A stretch of DNA of 64,000 bases from Chiloscyllium plagiosum (taxonomy: Eukaryota): assembly GCF_004010195.1 (NCBI RefSeq), contig NC_057718.1, positions 16,072,420 to 16,136,419 of the forward strand. The letters run 5' to 3'. Made by a program: the position numbers and the translations under genes. Below, in pieces: positions 1 through 10,350 of the stretch. A model generated the notes under the pieces. That model was not told the origin of the DNA. It saw only the letters and a list, made by a program, of their open reading frames with translations, and did not search any database. The stretch's first letter is position 1. Each line of letters starts with the position of its first letter.

Positions 1-239
1 TCAATTTCTTGAATTTCTCGGTCGTGCTTCTGCAGCGCGGCCGAGAGCGGCTCCCAACGATTTCTGGATTCGACAATAAAAGCATCGATCTTCGAGTCAA
101 GCTTGGAAAGCATTTCTGCAAGGCTTGTTACTGTTGGTAAGTCCCCCGGGGCGGCTGCAGACGCCTCTGCTGCAGCTGGAGAGTGTGGGGGAGGGGTTCC
201 TGCTTGCTGAGAGCTGCGGGCTCCCTTCCCTTTAGTCAT
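1..239 (-). CDS. L1 ORF1p N-terminus (partial, runs off window)
   Basis: Own translation from ATG at 239: MTKGKGARSSQQAGTPPPHSPAAAEASAAAPGDLPTVTSLAEMLSKLDSKIDAFIVESRNRWEPLSAALQKHDREIQEI, no stops; basic N-terminus then coiled-coil-like segment. Confidence 0.7.
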   Translation of the reverse strand, partial: MTKGKGARSSQQAGTPPPHSPAAAEASAAAPGDLPTVTSLAEMLSKLDSKIDAFIVESRNRWEPLSAALQKHDREIQEI

Positions 240-411
240 TTTAACTTAGGATTAAATTGTTTAAATGTAATATTACACAACTAATTAAATTACAAAACTA
301 TTATAAATGATTTGGTGAGCTTGGTAGGGGGTAGGTGACCCACTGTACCCAAGTCTTGGGAGGAGCACTATAGACTCAGTCTTACTGGGTCGCCGCCATC
401 TTGGATCCCCC
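1..411 (-). mobile_element. 5' end of an L1-clade LINE (5'UTR + start of ORF1); continues left of the window
   Basis: Minus strand begins GGGGGATCCAAGATGGCGGCG (G-run + YY1-type motif as at mammalian L1 5' ends); preceded by TT|AAAACTTAACTCCT, an L1 endonuclease-type target. Confidence 0.8.
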
Positions 412-1330
412 AGGAGTTAAGTTTTAAGGCTATAAACTTTCTCAATAGGTCAAAAAGAGTCTTTTAAATTTTATAAACTTTCTCACTGTTTGGTGAGTCA
501 TGTTAAATTAGGGAGCCACTGCCCGCAGTAGTTAACTAGGCCTAAGAACGCTCTTGTTTGCTTGGTGTTTGTAGGCAAAGGGGTGGCTAGAATGGGTATG
601 ATACGTTCTGTCAGAAGCACTGAACAAGGTTCCCAGGAATGTGACTCAGCACTGGGTATGCTGAACCTTGCGGGCTGATATGACGAACCCTCAAGAATGG
701 AGCACATTCAGGAGACAGTTGGCATCTATAACGTTAGCACATTTTGAAGGGCTAGGCAGGAGCAAGTCATCAACATATTGGACGATGGTGGAACCGAAGC
801 TCCCAAAGCTGCTGGTGTAATACTTGGGTGAATAAAGTGGGCGAATGGACAAATTCCTGAGGGAGGTGTATCCAAGTGTACTGCTGACCTTTTGAAGATA
901 ATATTGGGAATCTGCTGCGAGAGGGAGACCGAAGAAAGCATGCTGTATGTCCACCAGGGTGAAAATACGGGTGCTAGCAAGTATGCTGTTAAGAATTGTT
1001 ACAGGGTTTGGCACGACCAGGTGTAAAGGCTGAACTATTCTATTGATCTTCCTAAGATCCTGTACTAATCTCCATTCTGGGCGTCCTGGCTTTGGGACAG
1101 GTAGAATGGGGGTATTGCAGGCGATTGGCAGGGGACTAGAATACCTTTGTTGGAGGAAGGAATCATCAAAGTTGATATCCCTTCTATTGCTTCTGGTCTT
1201 GGGGGGTATTGTTGGGTATGAACGCAGTTTTGTCCCTGATATAATCTGGATGTCTATAGGCTCTACGGGGTGTATCCTACTTCATGCTTAGAGGCTCACC
1301 AGAAATAAGGAAAGGGATCTTCTGAGGGAT
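412..1330 (-). pseudogene. pol: ERV pol, reverse transcriptase region (frameshifted)
   Basis: CNTPILPVPKPGRPEWRLVQDLRKINRIV..VVPNPVTIL, LVDIQHAFF, YVDD at 766-777, TRAFLGLVNYCGQWLPN, spread over several frames. Confidence 0.9.
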
Positions 1331-1509
1331 CGTGTTGGAGTTGATAGCAAATTATGCCCGCTACAGCGAAAGGGCTGGAATAATAAGTTAAATTCTCCTT
1401 TGGTCAACTGTTGGGGCATGTCAGTGACACTAGGATCTGACTGCTGCTGTAAACTGTGTTCTAAGAATCCCAGGATCTTTGCTTTATATCCCTTGTTCAC
1501 AGACAGATC

Positions 1510-1837
1510 AGAGTCCAGATTAGAGTGGTGCTGGAAAAGCACAGCAGGTCGGGCAGCATCTAAGGAGCAGGAAAATCGACGTTTCGGGCAAAGGCCCTTA
1601 ATCAGGAATGAGGCAGGGAGCCCTCCGGGTGGAGAGAGAAATGGGAGTGGTGTGGGGCTGGGGAGAAGGTAGCTAAGAGTGCAATAGGTGGATGGAGGTG
1701 GGGATGAAGATGATAGGTCGGAGAGGAGGGTGGAGTGGATAGGTGGGAAGGAGGATTGGCAGGTAGGATAGGTCATGAGGATGGTGCTGAGCTGGCAGGT
1801 TGGAACTGAGGTAAGGTGGGGGGGCGGGGGGAGAAAT
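1510..1837 (-). mobile_element. Penelope-like element terminal fragment (family 1) inserted in gag
   Basis: Same GTGCTGGAAAAGCACAGCAGGTC..GACGTTTCGGGC terminus as the GIY-YIG-bearing copy at 6535-7735; GATC at both junctions (1506-1509, 1838-1841). Confidence 0.8.
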
Positions 1838-2005
1838 GATCCAGAGTTCTCTCTTAGTGATGTTTGTAATGGTGAAGCCATCTTCAAGGCAGGGAATCTC
1901 GACTTGGAGGGAACACAACACATCTCTTCCTGCATGATTATTCCTAAATCGGGTTTGGGTGAATTGGAGAGTGCAGTCTGTAGGCCAAGTTGAACAGTTC
2001 GTGAT

Positions 2006-2447
2006 TCTAGGCAAAAGTGAGGACTGCAGATGCTGGAAACCAGAGTTTAGATCAGAGTGGTATAAAAAAGCACAGCAGGTCAGGCAGCATCTGACGAACA
2101 GGAAAATCGACATTTCGGGCAAAAGCCCTTCAGGCATAGAGGGAGAAGGTAGCAAAGAGAACAATAGGTGAATGGGGGTGGTGCGGATAGGTGGGAAGGG
2201 AGATTGGCAGGTAGGACAGGTCATGAGGACAGTGCTGAGCTGGAATGTTGGAACTGGGGTAAAGTGGGGGGAGAAGAAATAAGGAAACTGGTGAAGTCCA
2301 CATTGATGCCCTGGGGGAGAAGGTAGCAAAGAGTACAATAGGTGAATGGGGATGGAGGTGATTGGTCTTGGGCCGCCTCCAGCCCTGCTCCCTCACCGCC
2401 CGACGCCTGGAGGAAGAACTCCTCATCTTCCGCCTCGGAACACTTCA
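2006..2447. mobile_element. Rearranged Penelope-like insertion (family 1) in gag
   Basis: Family 1 terminus, internal duplication and an inverted segment; GTGAT on both sides (2001-2005, 2448-2452). Confidence 0.8.
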
Positions 2448-4261
2448 GTGATCGGTCTTGGGCCGCCCAGTCATTGTCTTCCCAACTGAGTTTCTCATCG
2501 AGATCCCTCATTGCCATACAGCACAAACTGAAAAGATCCTGAGGCGTGGCCTGATACATTTGTGCCTGTAATGTAATCTATAAAATCCTTGGGGCTTGCC
2601 TTTCAGTTTGGGATGTGGGACATAAGCACATTTCTTGGGGTTTCCGAGGAGTGTAAACTTGCATAGTGGCCTTGACTACCACTCCAGGGTTCAGGTTAGG
2701 GACTATCCAGGTAGGGAACTGTCTCAGTCTGTGTTTACTTCCCCTTCTTTGATGGGAAGAACTAGGATCAAGCTGTCGTTTTCCAATCCTTCTGGGCCAT
2801 CCCTTGTCACCAGGGTCATAATGGTGAGGCTCATCATGTTCATTACTATTGTCTGTGTCAGTCTTATAGGATAAATTGATCTGTCCCTTATGTCTCTCAA
2901 AAGGGCCAGGCTCTTGCGCTCTCTGGGTATTTGATTGGGTTCTGAAAGCAACTGGGTTAGTGAAACATTCTAAAGCCTGGTTCTGGTTAGGGGACAGATG
3001 GTCAACGTTTCCCAGGAGCTGAGGATCAGGTAGTGAAGGGGCGGGCGGTAGCAGAGGGAGGGTGGGGTTAATAGTTGCTGGTGCTCAGACTGAGGCTGAG
3101 ATGGGGTGCTGACAGGGATATTAGGGTCTTGGCGTTGATATGGTGGGACACTAGACCAAATTTGCCCATCCTCCTCATGGTCGTTAGTGTCATTATTTTG
3201 GAACAATATCGGCAGACTGGATATATCAGGAGGTACCTCCATTTTATTCTCACTTGAAAGTTCAGCTTGGTATTTCAACTCCTTATTTTGTCTTTCCTTT
3301 CTTAATATTTCCTGCTTTCCTCTATTCATGTCATAATTCTCATACTGGCTTTTCAGCACCTGCCAAGACTTAAGGTTTCTCTCATTATCTCTCACTCTAA
3401 TCCCTCTTTGCCGTGCATTATTCTCCCAGCTAGTCTGTTTAGATTTGTTCGTAATTTCCTCTGCGGTCGTTCTCCATGTGAATATTAAAGTTTTCCATTT
3501 AGTCCCTGTATTTTGTTTCCAAATTGCCTTCTCTGCCTTCAAACATTTGTCTATGTCCCAAGTTCCTCCCAGTGGCCAAATTTCATTTCCCAACATTTTT
3601 ATTTAAGCATGCTGACAGGCACCTGAACCTTCCCTTGTTTTGGGGGTCATCCTGGCATAACCGATACCAAGGGGTCCTGACTTATCCAACATTTGTCCCA
3701 TTTTTGTTTTAAGGTCTGAACTTCCTACTTGATTCTCTTTTAGTCCAGTGTCTTTTAGTCTCCACACCCACTTCAGGGTCCACACCTTGGCATGGTGGAT
3801 CTCCACTCTTAACAACCAGTCTAAGGCAGGGTGATAGAGACAGGCACAGCAGTGTTTTTTTTTCACCTTACCCTCTTTGTTCTGGGGCCTCAAACCTAGT
3901 CTAGTGCTTGTAGTCTCCAGACCCACTTTGGAGTCCTGAACGTTTGCGTGAGGGATCTACCCTCTTAACAACTGGTCTAAGGCAGGCACAGTAATTTATT
4001 TTTAAATATGCTCTGGAGCCTCAAACCTCACCACAACAGTACTCCAACCTCCTGTTTCTAGGGGATTTTAACCCCCTTTCCCAGAGGACTTAAACCTCCC
4101 TTTTAAACCCAGGGTACGCAAACCCCAGTTAAACCCAGTAACTTGTAATTCTGAAATCAAACTAGTTGGCGTGCAAGTGCGTAAGCTACTTCAGATTCCA
4201 TCACCAGAATCCTAGAAGCTGAGTTGAATGAGTAGTAGGTTAAGGAGAGAAATCATGGTAA

Positions 4262-4270
4262 ATCTTACCT
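4262..4270 (-). promoter_or_regulatory. Putative retroviral major splice donor
   Basis: AG|GTAAGA about 80 nt downstream of the PBS and upstream of gag. Confidence 0.5.
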
Positions 4271-4346
4271 CTTGGGGGGCCATCCTCCTCACGCAACCGG
4301 CACTCAGATCACTTATTCAGTCCACCTGGAAGCTCGGTGTATGTTG

Positions 4347-4366
4347 GAATCCCGCAGCCACCACCA
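4347..4366 (-). promoter_or_regulatory. Primer binding site, most similar to tRNA-Leu
   Basis: TGGTGGTGGCTGCGGGATTC, 2 nt after LTR end CTTAACA; 16/20 match to my recollection of the tRNA-Leu 3' complement TGGTGGCAGCGGTGGGATTC. Confidence 0.65.
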
Positions 4367-4368
4367 AA

Positions 4369-4882
4369 TGTTAAGTTCTTTTTCCTGAGGTTCTTATGCA
4401 CTTGATACAACTACAACATGCCAGCTTCTGTGAATAACAACTAAACTTTATTAAGCACAATACAGTACAAACTTTCTGGAGGAACCTTTAACACACCTTG
4501 CAGGGCTTACGGAGTTGTGGCAGAAGCTCTCTCCGAACAAAGGAAACGGTCCTTACTTTATACAAAATCTTTACATCACAGTTAGAAATGCCCATCAGAC
4601 AACCACCAGCTATTCCCCCACAGTCACATGCCATTCAAGACTCAATGCAGTGATGACTTCACCTCCAGAAACAATGTAATGCTAACTGTCTTTTTTAATG
4701 GTCAAATCTGTTGCAAATCATTTTTTGTAATCATTTTGGTTACAAAAGTAGTCAAATTCCAACCGTCCTGTTCTTATTGACTTCTGAATAGGGGATAAAA
4801 ATGTAAATTGCTTTTGAATAGCTAGGACATGGCCACACAAATGGCTTTGAATGCCAAGTGATGGGAATGTGATTTCCTTACA
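4369..4882 (-). repeat. ERV 5' LTR (outer boundary tentative)
   Basis: Minus strand TGTAAGG...CTTAACA; TATAAA at 4557-4562 followed by AATAAA at 4447-4452; abuts PBS. Confidence 0.6.
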
Positions 4883-5099
4883 ATCTTCCTGCAAATCAGA
4901 GGCATCCCACCCTAGCCTCAGGGCATTAACTTTGCTAAAGGTCAGCAGAGCCAAATCAACTTTTTTTTAAAATGTTTGTCCTGAGCTTCCATACGTCCCC
5001 TTCCACCTTTTTTTTGGGTCTGGTGTATATAGTCCAAGTTTTCTCCTTGTTTAATAAAGCTTATATTCTGTTGTTGGAAGTATATTGGCAGACTCTTGT

Positions 5100-5780
5100 G
5101 AATGTGATGAGTAACTGATCTCTGTGGCTTCAGTATCTAAAAAAGAAAATGAGGTCTATCATGCCAGATTGCACTTTGGGATCTTTCACGTCCGATATTA
5201 GTATTGGTCAGTATCATATTTGATTGGGTACAACACTGCCTTGAATTGCTTTCTGAGAGCACTGTAACCAAAGAAGCTTGAGACACTATTAAGAGCCTGT
5301 TTCCTATGACTAAACTGGATATCTTACCTATAGTAGAAGAGCTTAGCAAAGCTTTTGATTTGATTGCCATAGATAATGCTGCAAATGCTAATGTGATTCT
5401 ATCTGAACTCATCAACATAGAAAGTGGCATTTTTGCTGCCTCAGCATGAATGTTTCTATCTTGGCTGGAGGGAGGGGGCAGTACTTCAGAATATGTGATG
5501 CTAACTCTGTAGGCCTATATAGGGGGGTGTGCAGATTTTGAGGCATCTTCCTGCTGAGTGTCATGGAAATTATATTTGAGTTACCCTTTTAACTGCAGAA
5601 TCCCGGCTGACTGCATCTATCCTGAATCCTGTGGTTTCAGAACTGCAAAAACTACATTAGACATATGTTTTCAATTTGGCAACCACAAAAGAAATAGTGA
5701 ATGAAGGTGACTACTACATCTGACTCCATTGATCTCACCAAGGCTTTAACCTGAACGGAGGCAGTTTGTTTTAGCTGCTG
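5100..5780 (+). mobile_element. Degraded RTE-clade LINE, RT N-terminal part
   Basis: WVQHCLEL..LPIVEELSKAFD..WREGAV..IYPESxCGFR..IDLTKAF, with stops and frameshifts. Confidence 0.7.
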
Positions 5781-5959
5781 GAGAAAATAACTTGCTGAAG
5801 CAGCTCAGTGAGAGCTCCTCTGTCCTTGACAAGATGACGAGTAAAGTTACCCATAAGAACACTTTTTTTCTAAAAAATAATCTACTGTTGGATAGAATTA
5901 GGCTGTCCATTTTCTCCTGATGGGATGCCATATTCTTGGGACCTCTTATTCCTGTGATA

Positions 5960-6115
5960 AAAGAACGAAAGCTCTCTAAATTTTGTAACTTAGACTGTTA
6001 GAACACTTGCTGGACAGTAACTTGAGATTACCTACAAACTTTGTAATTGCATTATGTGAACTCTGTAGACTCCAAATTGGCATTTCTGCCCTCTGAGACC
6101 TGCCTTTCAGAGATG
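5960..6115 (+). mobile_element. RTE-like APE endonuclease N-terminal relic
   Basis: VRTL..ELCRLQIGISALxET-like motif. Confidence 0.45.
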
Positions 6116-6339
6116 GGATAGTGAAGAAATGAGCAGAGGAATACACTTACTGGAAATACAAAGCTGACAGCGACTCTAATCCATGGAATTTGTTTAGCTA
6201 TCCATAGTAAAATCTTGGCTGCATTTGCAGAGCTCCAAAGTTGTATAAGTGAAAGCTTGTGACACTTCACCTGCAGCTCAGCAGTAATAAATCTGCAGCC
6301 AATTAAGATATTAAGCAAAAATTATATTCTGATATTGAA

Positions 6340-6525
6340 GTCCTTGCTACCATCCAAGGAAGAAAAGAACATCCTTCTGGGTAACAAAACAAATTCAGTA
6401 GGTGTCCTCTTGCTGACATGACAATCACAATGATTTTATGGTCATCACCATTGTACTAATTCCAGATTTTTATTAGATTTAAATTCCATCTGCCATGATG
6501 GGATTTGAATCCAGGTCCCAGAAAA
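6340..6525 (-). mobile_element. Old tRNA-derived SINE fragment
   Basis: B-box-like GATTCAAATCC followed by ATGGCAGATGGAATTT..AAAAATCTGGAATT core on minus strand. Confidence 0.5.
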
Positions 6526-6534
6526 TTACCTGAC

Positions 6535-7735
6535 TCTGGATCAGTAGTCAAGTGTGGTGCTGGAAAAACACAGCAAGTCAGGCAGCACCTGAGGGGCAGG
6601 AGAATTGACATTTCGAGCATAAGCTCTTCATCAGGAATGAGGCTTTTGGGTCAAGGGGCTGAGACACAAATGGGAGGTGGGTGGGGCTGGGGGGGGGTGT
6701 GCGCGATAAGGTGGCTGAGAATGCAATAGGTAAATTTTATGTGGGGTTGGAGAGGAGGGTGGAGTGGATGGGTGGGAAGGAAGATGGCCAGGTAGGACAA
6801 GTCAAGTGTGCGGTGCTGAGTTGGAAGGTTGGATCTGGGATAAGGTGGGGGAGGGGAATGACAAAACCAGGTGAATTCGATATTTATTCAGTGTAGTTGG
6901 AGGGTCCCAAGGCAGAAGATGAGGTGTTCCTCCAGATGCTGGGTGGTGAAGGTTTGGTGGTTGGAGGCGGCCAAGGACCTGCATGACTTTTGGGGAGGGG
7001 GAGTTAGTGTTTGGCCACAGGGCGGTGGAGTTTGTTCCTGCATGGGTCCTGGAGATGTTCTCTGAAACATTCCGCAAGTAGATGTCCTGCCTCCCCAATG
7101 TAGAGGAGACCACGTCGGGAGCAATGGATACAGTAAATGACGTGTGTGGAAGTGCAGGTGAATCTCTGGATGTGGAGAGCTCCTTTGGGGCCTTGGATGA
7201 AGGTAAGGGTGGAGGCATGGGTGCAGGTTTTGCAGTTCTTGCAGTGGCAGTGGAATATGTCAGGAGTGGAGGGTGGATTAGTGAGGGGTGTGGATCTGAC
7301 ACTCTTAGAAGGAATGGTCTTTACAGAGCACTGATAGGGGTTGAGAGGAGTGGGGTGGAATATATCCTTGGTATGGGGTCTGTTTATAGATGGCAGAAAT
7401 GGTGGAGGATGCAATGTATCCAGAGGTTTGTGGGGTGGAAGGTGAGGACCGGGGGGGGGGGGGGTTGCCTCCTTGTTACGGTTGGAGGATGTTTCAAGCG
7501 CAGTGGTGTGGGATATGGATGAGGTGCGCTGGAGGGCATCATCAACCACATGGGAGGGAAAATTGCAGTCTTTGAAGGAGGCCATTTGGTATGTCGTAGA
7601 ATTGGTCTTCCTGGGAGCAGATGTGGCAGAGGAATTGGGAATAAGGGGTAGTGTTTTTGCAGGAGGCAGGGTGGGAGGAGATGTAGTCCAAGTACCTGCG
7701 GGAGTTGGGTTTGTAGAAGATGTCCGCATTGAGTT
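6535..7735 (-). mobile_element. Penelope-like element (family 1), 5'-truncated, GIY-YIG endonuclease + pseudo-LTR
   Basis: ORF 7004-7786: CxxCxTC..RFTCTSTHVIYCIHCSRRGLLYIGE..FREHL (GIY-YIG); C-terminal EEHLIFCLGTLQ. Confidence 0.9.
6606..6638 (-). ncRNA. Minimal hammerhead ribozyme motif in PLE terminus
   Basis: ATTC-CTGATGA-A-GAGC-TTAT-GCTC-GAA-ATGT-C. Confidence 0.7.
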
Positions 7736-7892
7736 TCGTGCTAACACCACTAGGTCTTTGCCTCCCCGGGAGGTTTTATGGTTCAATGTAGGCAGTGTAG
7801 GAACAAGTCATAAGGTTTTTCAACTTGTTTGTGGATTTATTCTTACAAATTGTATTACCAGCTGAACTGGCTCTCATGTAAAGAGTTGCACT

Positions 7893-9070
7893 TAGTCATA
7901 CAGCATCGAGACCAGCAAATATCAAACTACACTGATTCCATTTACCCGGACTTGGTTGAAAGCCTACTGTGCCCTGGCATTTTGAGTGCTCCTCCAAATG
8001 CTGCTTAAATGTTGAGAGTATCTGCCTCCACAACTCTTGGGCAGCAAGTTTCATTTTCTACTTCCCTGTCAATGAAAAAAGGTTTTTCTCCGTGTTCTCA
8101 CCTGAAACTTATGCCTTGTGGTTTTAGACGCATCTGCCACAGGATAAAGATTCTCATGATCTATTCTGTCTGTGCCTCTCATAATTTTGTATACCTCAAT
8201 CAGATCCCCCTGGAGCCACCTCTGCTGGAAGGCAAACAAACCTAGTCTCCTCATAACAGACTTTTCATCCTCAGCAACATCCAGTGAATCTCCTCTGCAT
8301 CCCCTCCAATGTAGTCACGTTCTTGCAATAGCGTAACAATCAGAACTGCACAGTATTCCATCTGTGGCTAATCAATGTTTTCTAGGGTTGTAACAAGACC
8401 TCCTTATTCCTATATTCTAAGCCCTGGCCAATGAAGGTGACCATCCTATATACTACCTTCACAACACTTTTTCCACTTGTGCTGACAGCTTCAGGAGTCT
8501 GTGGACTTGTACACCCAAGTCTCTATTTCCTCAGTACTCACTAGTGACCTGCCATTCATTGTTTATCCTTTCCTATTAGATCTTCCAAAATGCATCACCT
8601 CTCACACATCAGGACTAAATTCCATCAATATCAGATTGTAGCGTTAGATCATCCTCCTCGCTATCGACAACTCTGCCAATTTTTGGCATCTGCAAACTTA
8701 CATAAATATGCAAGTTTTTAGTATAAGTCATTAACATACATAACAAACACGGGTGGCACGGTGGCTCAGTGGTTAACATTGCTGCCTCTCAGCACCAGGG
8801 AACCCAGGTTTGATTCCAGCTTCTGGCGACTGTCTGTGGAGTGCATTAGTCAGGTGGGTGGGTTTACTCCGGAGGGTCAGTGTGGACCTATTGGGCCGAA
8901 GGACTTGTTTTCACACTGCAAGGAATCTAATCTAAACAGCCAGGGCCCCAGCACCGATGGCTGTGGTGCACTGCTGATCACAGGCTTCCAATCATAAAAA
9001 CAACCCTCCACCACCACTCTTTGCCTATTAATGCTCCTCCCACTTGGATCTATATTTTTACCTTTTGGAC
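7893..9070 (-). mobile_element. CR1 LINE 3' part (old), interrupted by SINE
   Basis: GDLIEVYKIMRG; CR1 3' tail. Confidence 0.8.
8751..8935 (+). mobile_element. HE1-type SINE, internally deleted
   Basis: A box TGGCTCAGTGG, B-box-like GGTTTGATTCC, (TAATC)n tail; V core missing. Confidence 0.8.
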
Positions 9071-9289
9071 TTCAATTGGGAGATTTCAGTGATAGTGGAA
9101 TTTAAATAAAGTGCAGTTTTGAGCATATTAAATTTTGCTACGTTCTGTCTGATAGAGCTATGTAGTCACAACTTAAGGATGGACTTAATCACAGTGTATA
9201 TTTCTGGAGAGAACATTTTGAAATTATTACAAAAGTAAATTATTTAACTGTAAAGAATTGATCACGTAGCTATAATTGAGAAATATGGA

Positions 9290-10350
9290 ATACTTGTCTT
9301 TGTTGGCTGAAGGGTAGAGCTAAAGAACAGGGAGGTTATACTGGAAGTTTCTTAAAATTAGGCTGCAGCTAGAGTATTGTATAGTTCTGGAATCCATATT
9401 ATAGGAGGTTTGTGTTCTCTCTGGAGTGGATGCAGAGGAGATTAAAAAGATGTTTCTTGATCTGGAGAGTTTTACGTATGAAGATTGGATGGACTGGGGT
9501 TGCTCTCCTTGGAGCAGAAAGGACTGAGGGAAATGTGATTGAGAGGCATAAAGTTACATGGTCAAAAAACGCATAACACTGGGTTATGTTCCAACAGATG
9601 TATTTGAAACTGCAAGCTTATGGAGCCCAGCTCTTTCCTCAAGCAGTTAGTGAGACAGAATATATCGGACACAGAATTTGTAAGTAAAAGATCGAAAGGT
9701 CGTACAACTTAGGCGAATGTACTGAAAAATGTAGATGGCTGTTAAGTCTTTAATCAGTAAGAATGGAAATTCAGGTTTTGATTGATTTAATATCTCGATC
9801 CCAGAGTTTCTTTCAAGTCACTGCACCAAGATAACTTACCAGTATAAAAGTGACATCTCCGGTCAGGTAATGCATTTTAGGTGTAAGGTCTTGTTTTGAG
9901 TCTGTGTGTCTCAACCTGCAGTCAGACTGGTTTTATTTCCAAAGTAGCAATTTATAAAATGCCACATTGACTGTTTACCAGATTGTGTGCTTTTTGAACA
10001 AAATAGAACATATCTGCAAATGCAAATCTATTGGACCATAACCCGGTGTCATGCGATTTTTGACTTTGTCCACCCCAGTCCAACACTGGCACCTCTGTCT
10101 TAAAATTGCAGGATGTGAGTAAAATGTTTTCACCCAGAGGTGTGGGGAATCAGAACTCACTGCCTGTAAGGGTGGTAGAGGCAAAACCCTCAAACACTTA
10201 AGTAGTATTTAGATGTAAACTTGCGATGCCAAGGCACACAAAACTATAGGTCAAATGCTAGAAACTGGGGTTAGAATAGATATGTAGTTGTTTGCAACCA
10301 GTGTGGACTCAATGGGCTGAAGTGCTGCCTTCTGTGCTGTGACTTCTGAC
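9290..10350 (+). mobile_element. Old CR1 3' part interrupted by PLE
   Basis: LEYCxxFW..ALExxQRR-type relic and CR1 tail. Confidence 0.65.
9561..10097. mobile_element. Penelope-like family 2 pseudo-LTR with inverted end
   Basis: Similar to 48405-49357; 9561-9595 is inverted relative to ~10030-10065; degenerate hammerhead at ~9615-9642. Confidence 0.65.

Larger units (their letters stand above)
1420..3701 (-). pseudogene. gag: ERV gag (MA-CA), interrupted by two PLE insertions
   Basis: Start MGQMLDK (myristoylation-type MG, ATG at 3701); MA motif WPLGGTWD; VPPY late-domain-like; CA-like YQATPQDL and LQTALSNSPKPDLGIIMQ after removing insert 2006-2447. Confidence 0.75.
412..4882 (-). mobile_element. 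Defective class I (gamma/epsilon-like) endogenous retrovirus, 5' half
   Basis: Order on minus strand: LTR, PBS, splice donor, leader, gag, RT; retroviral RT motifs NTPILPVPKPG, WRLVQDLRKIN, QYVDDLLL, FLGLVNYC. Confidence 0.9.

Noticed and set aside
1288..2338. Pro/Ser-rich ORFs of 215 and 221 aa
   Set aside because: Chimeric frames across gag and the pyrimidine-rich PLE 3' region
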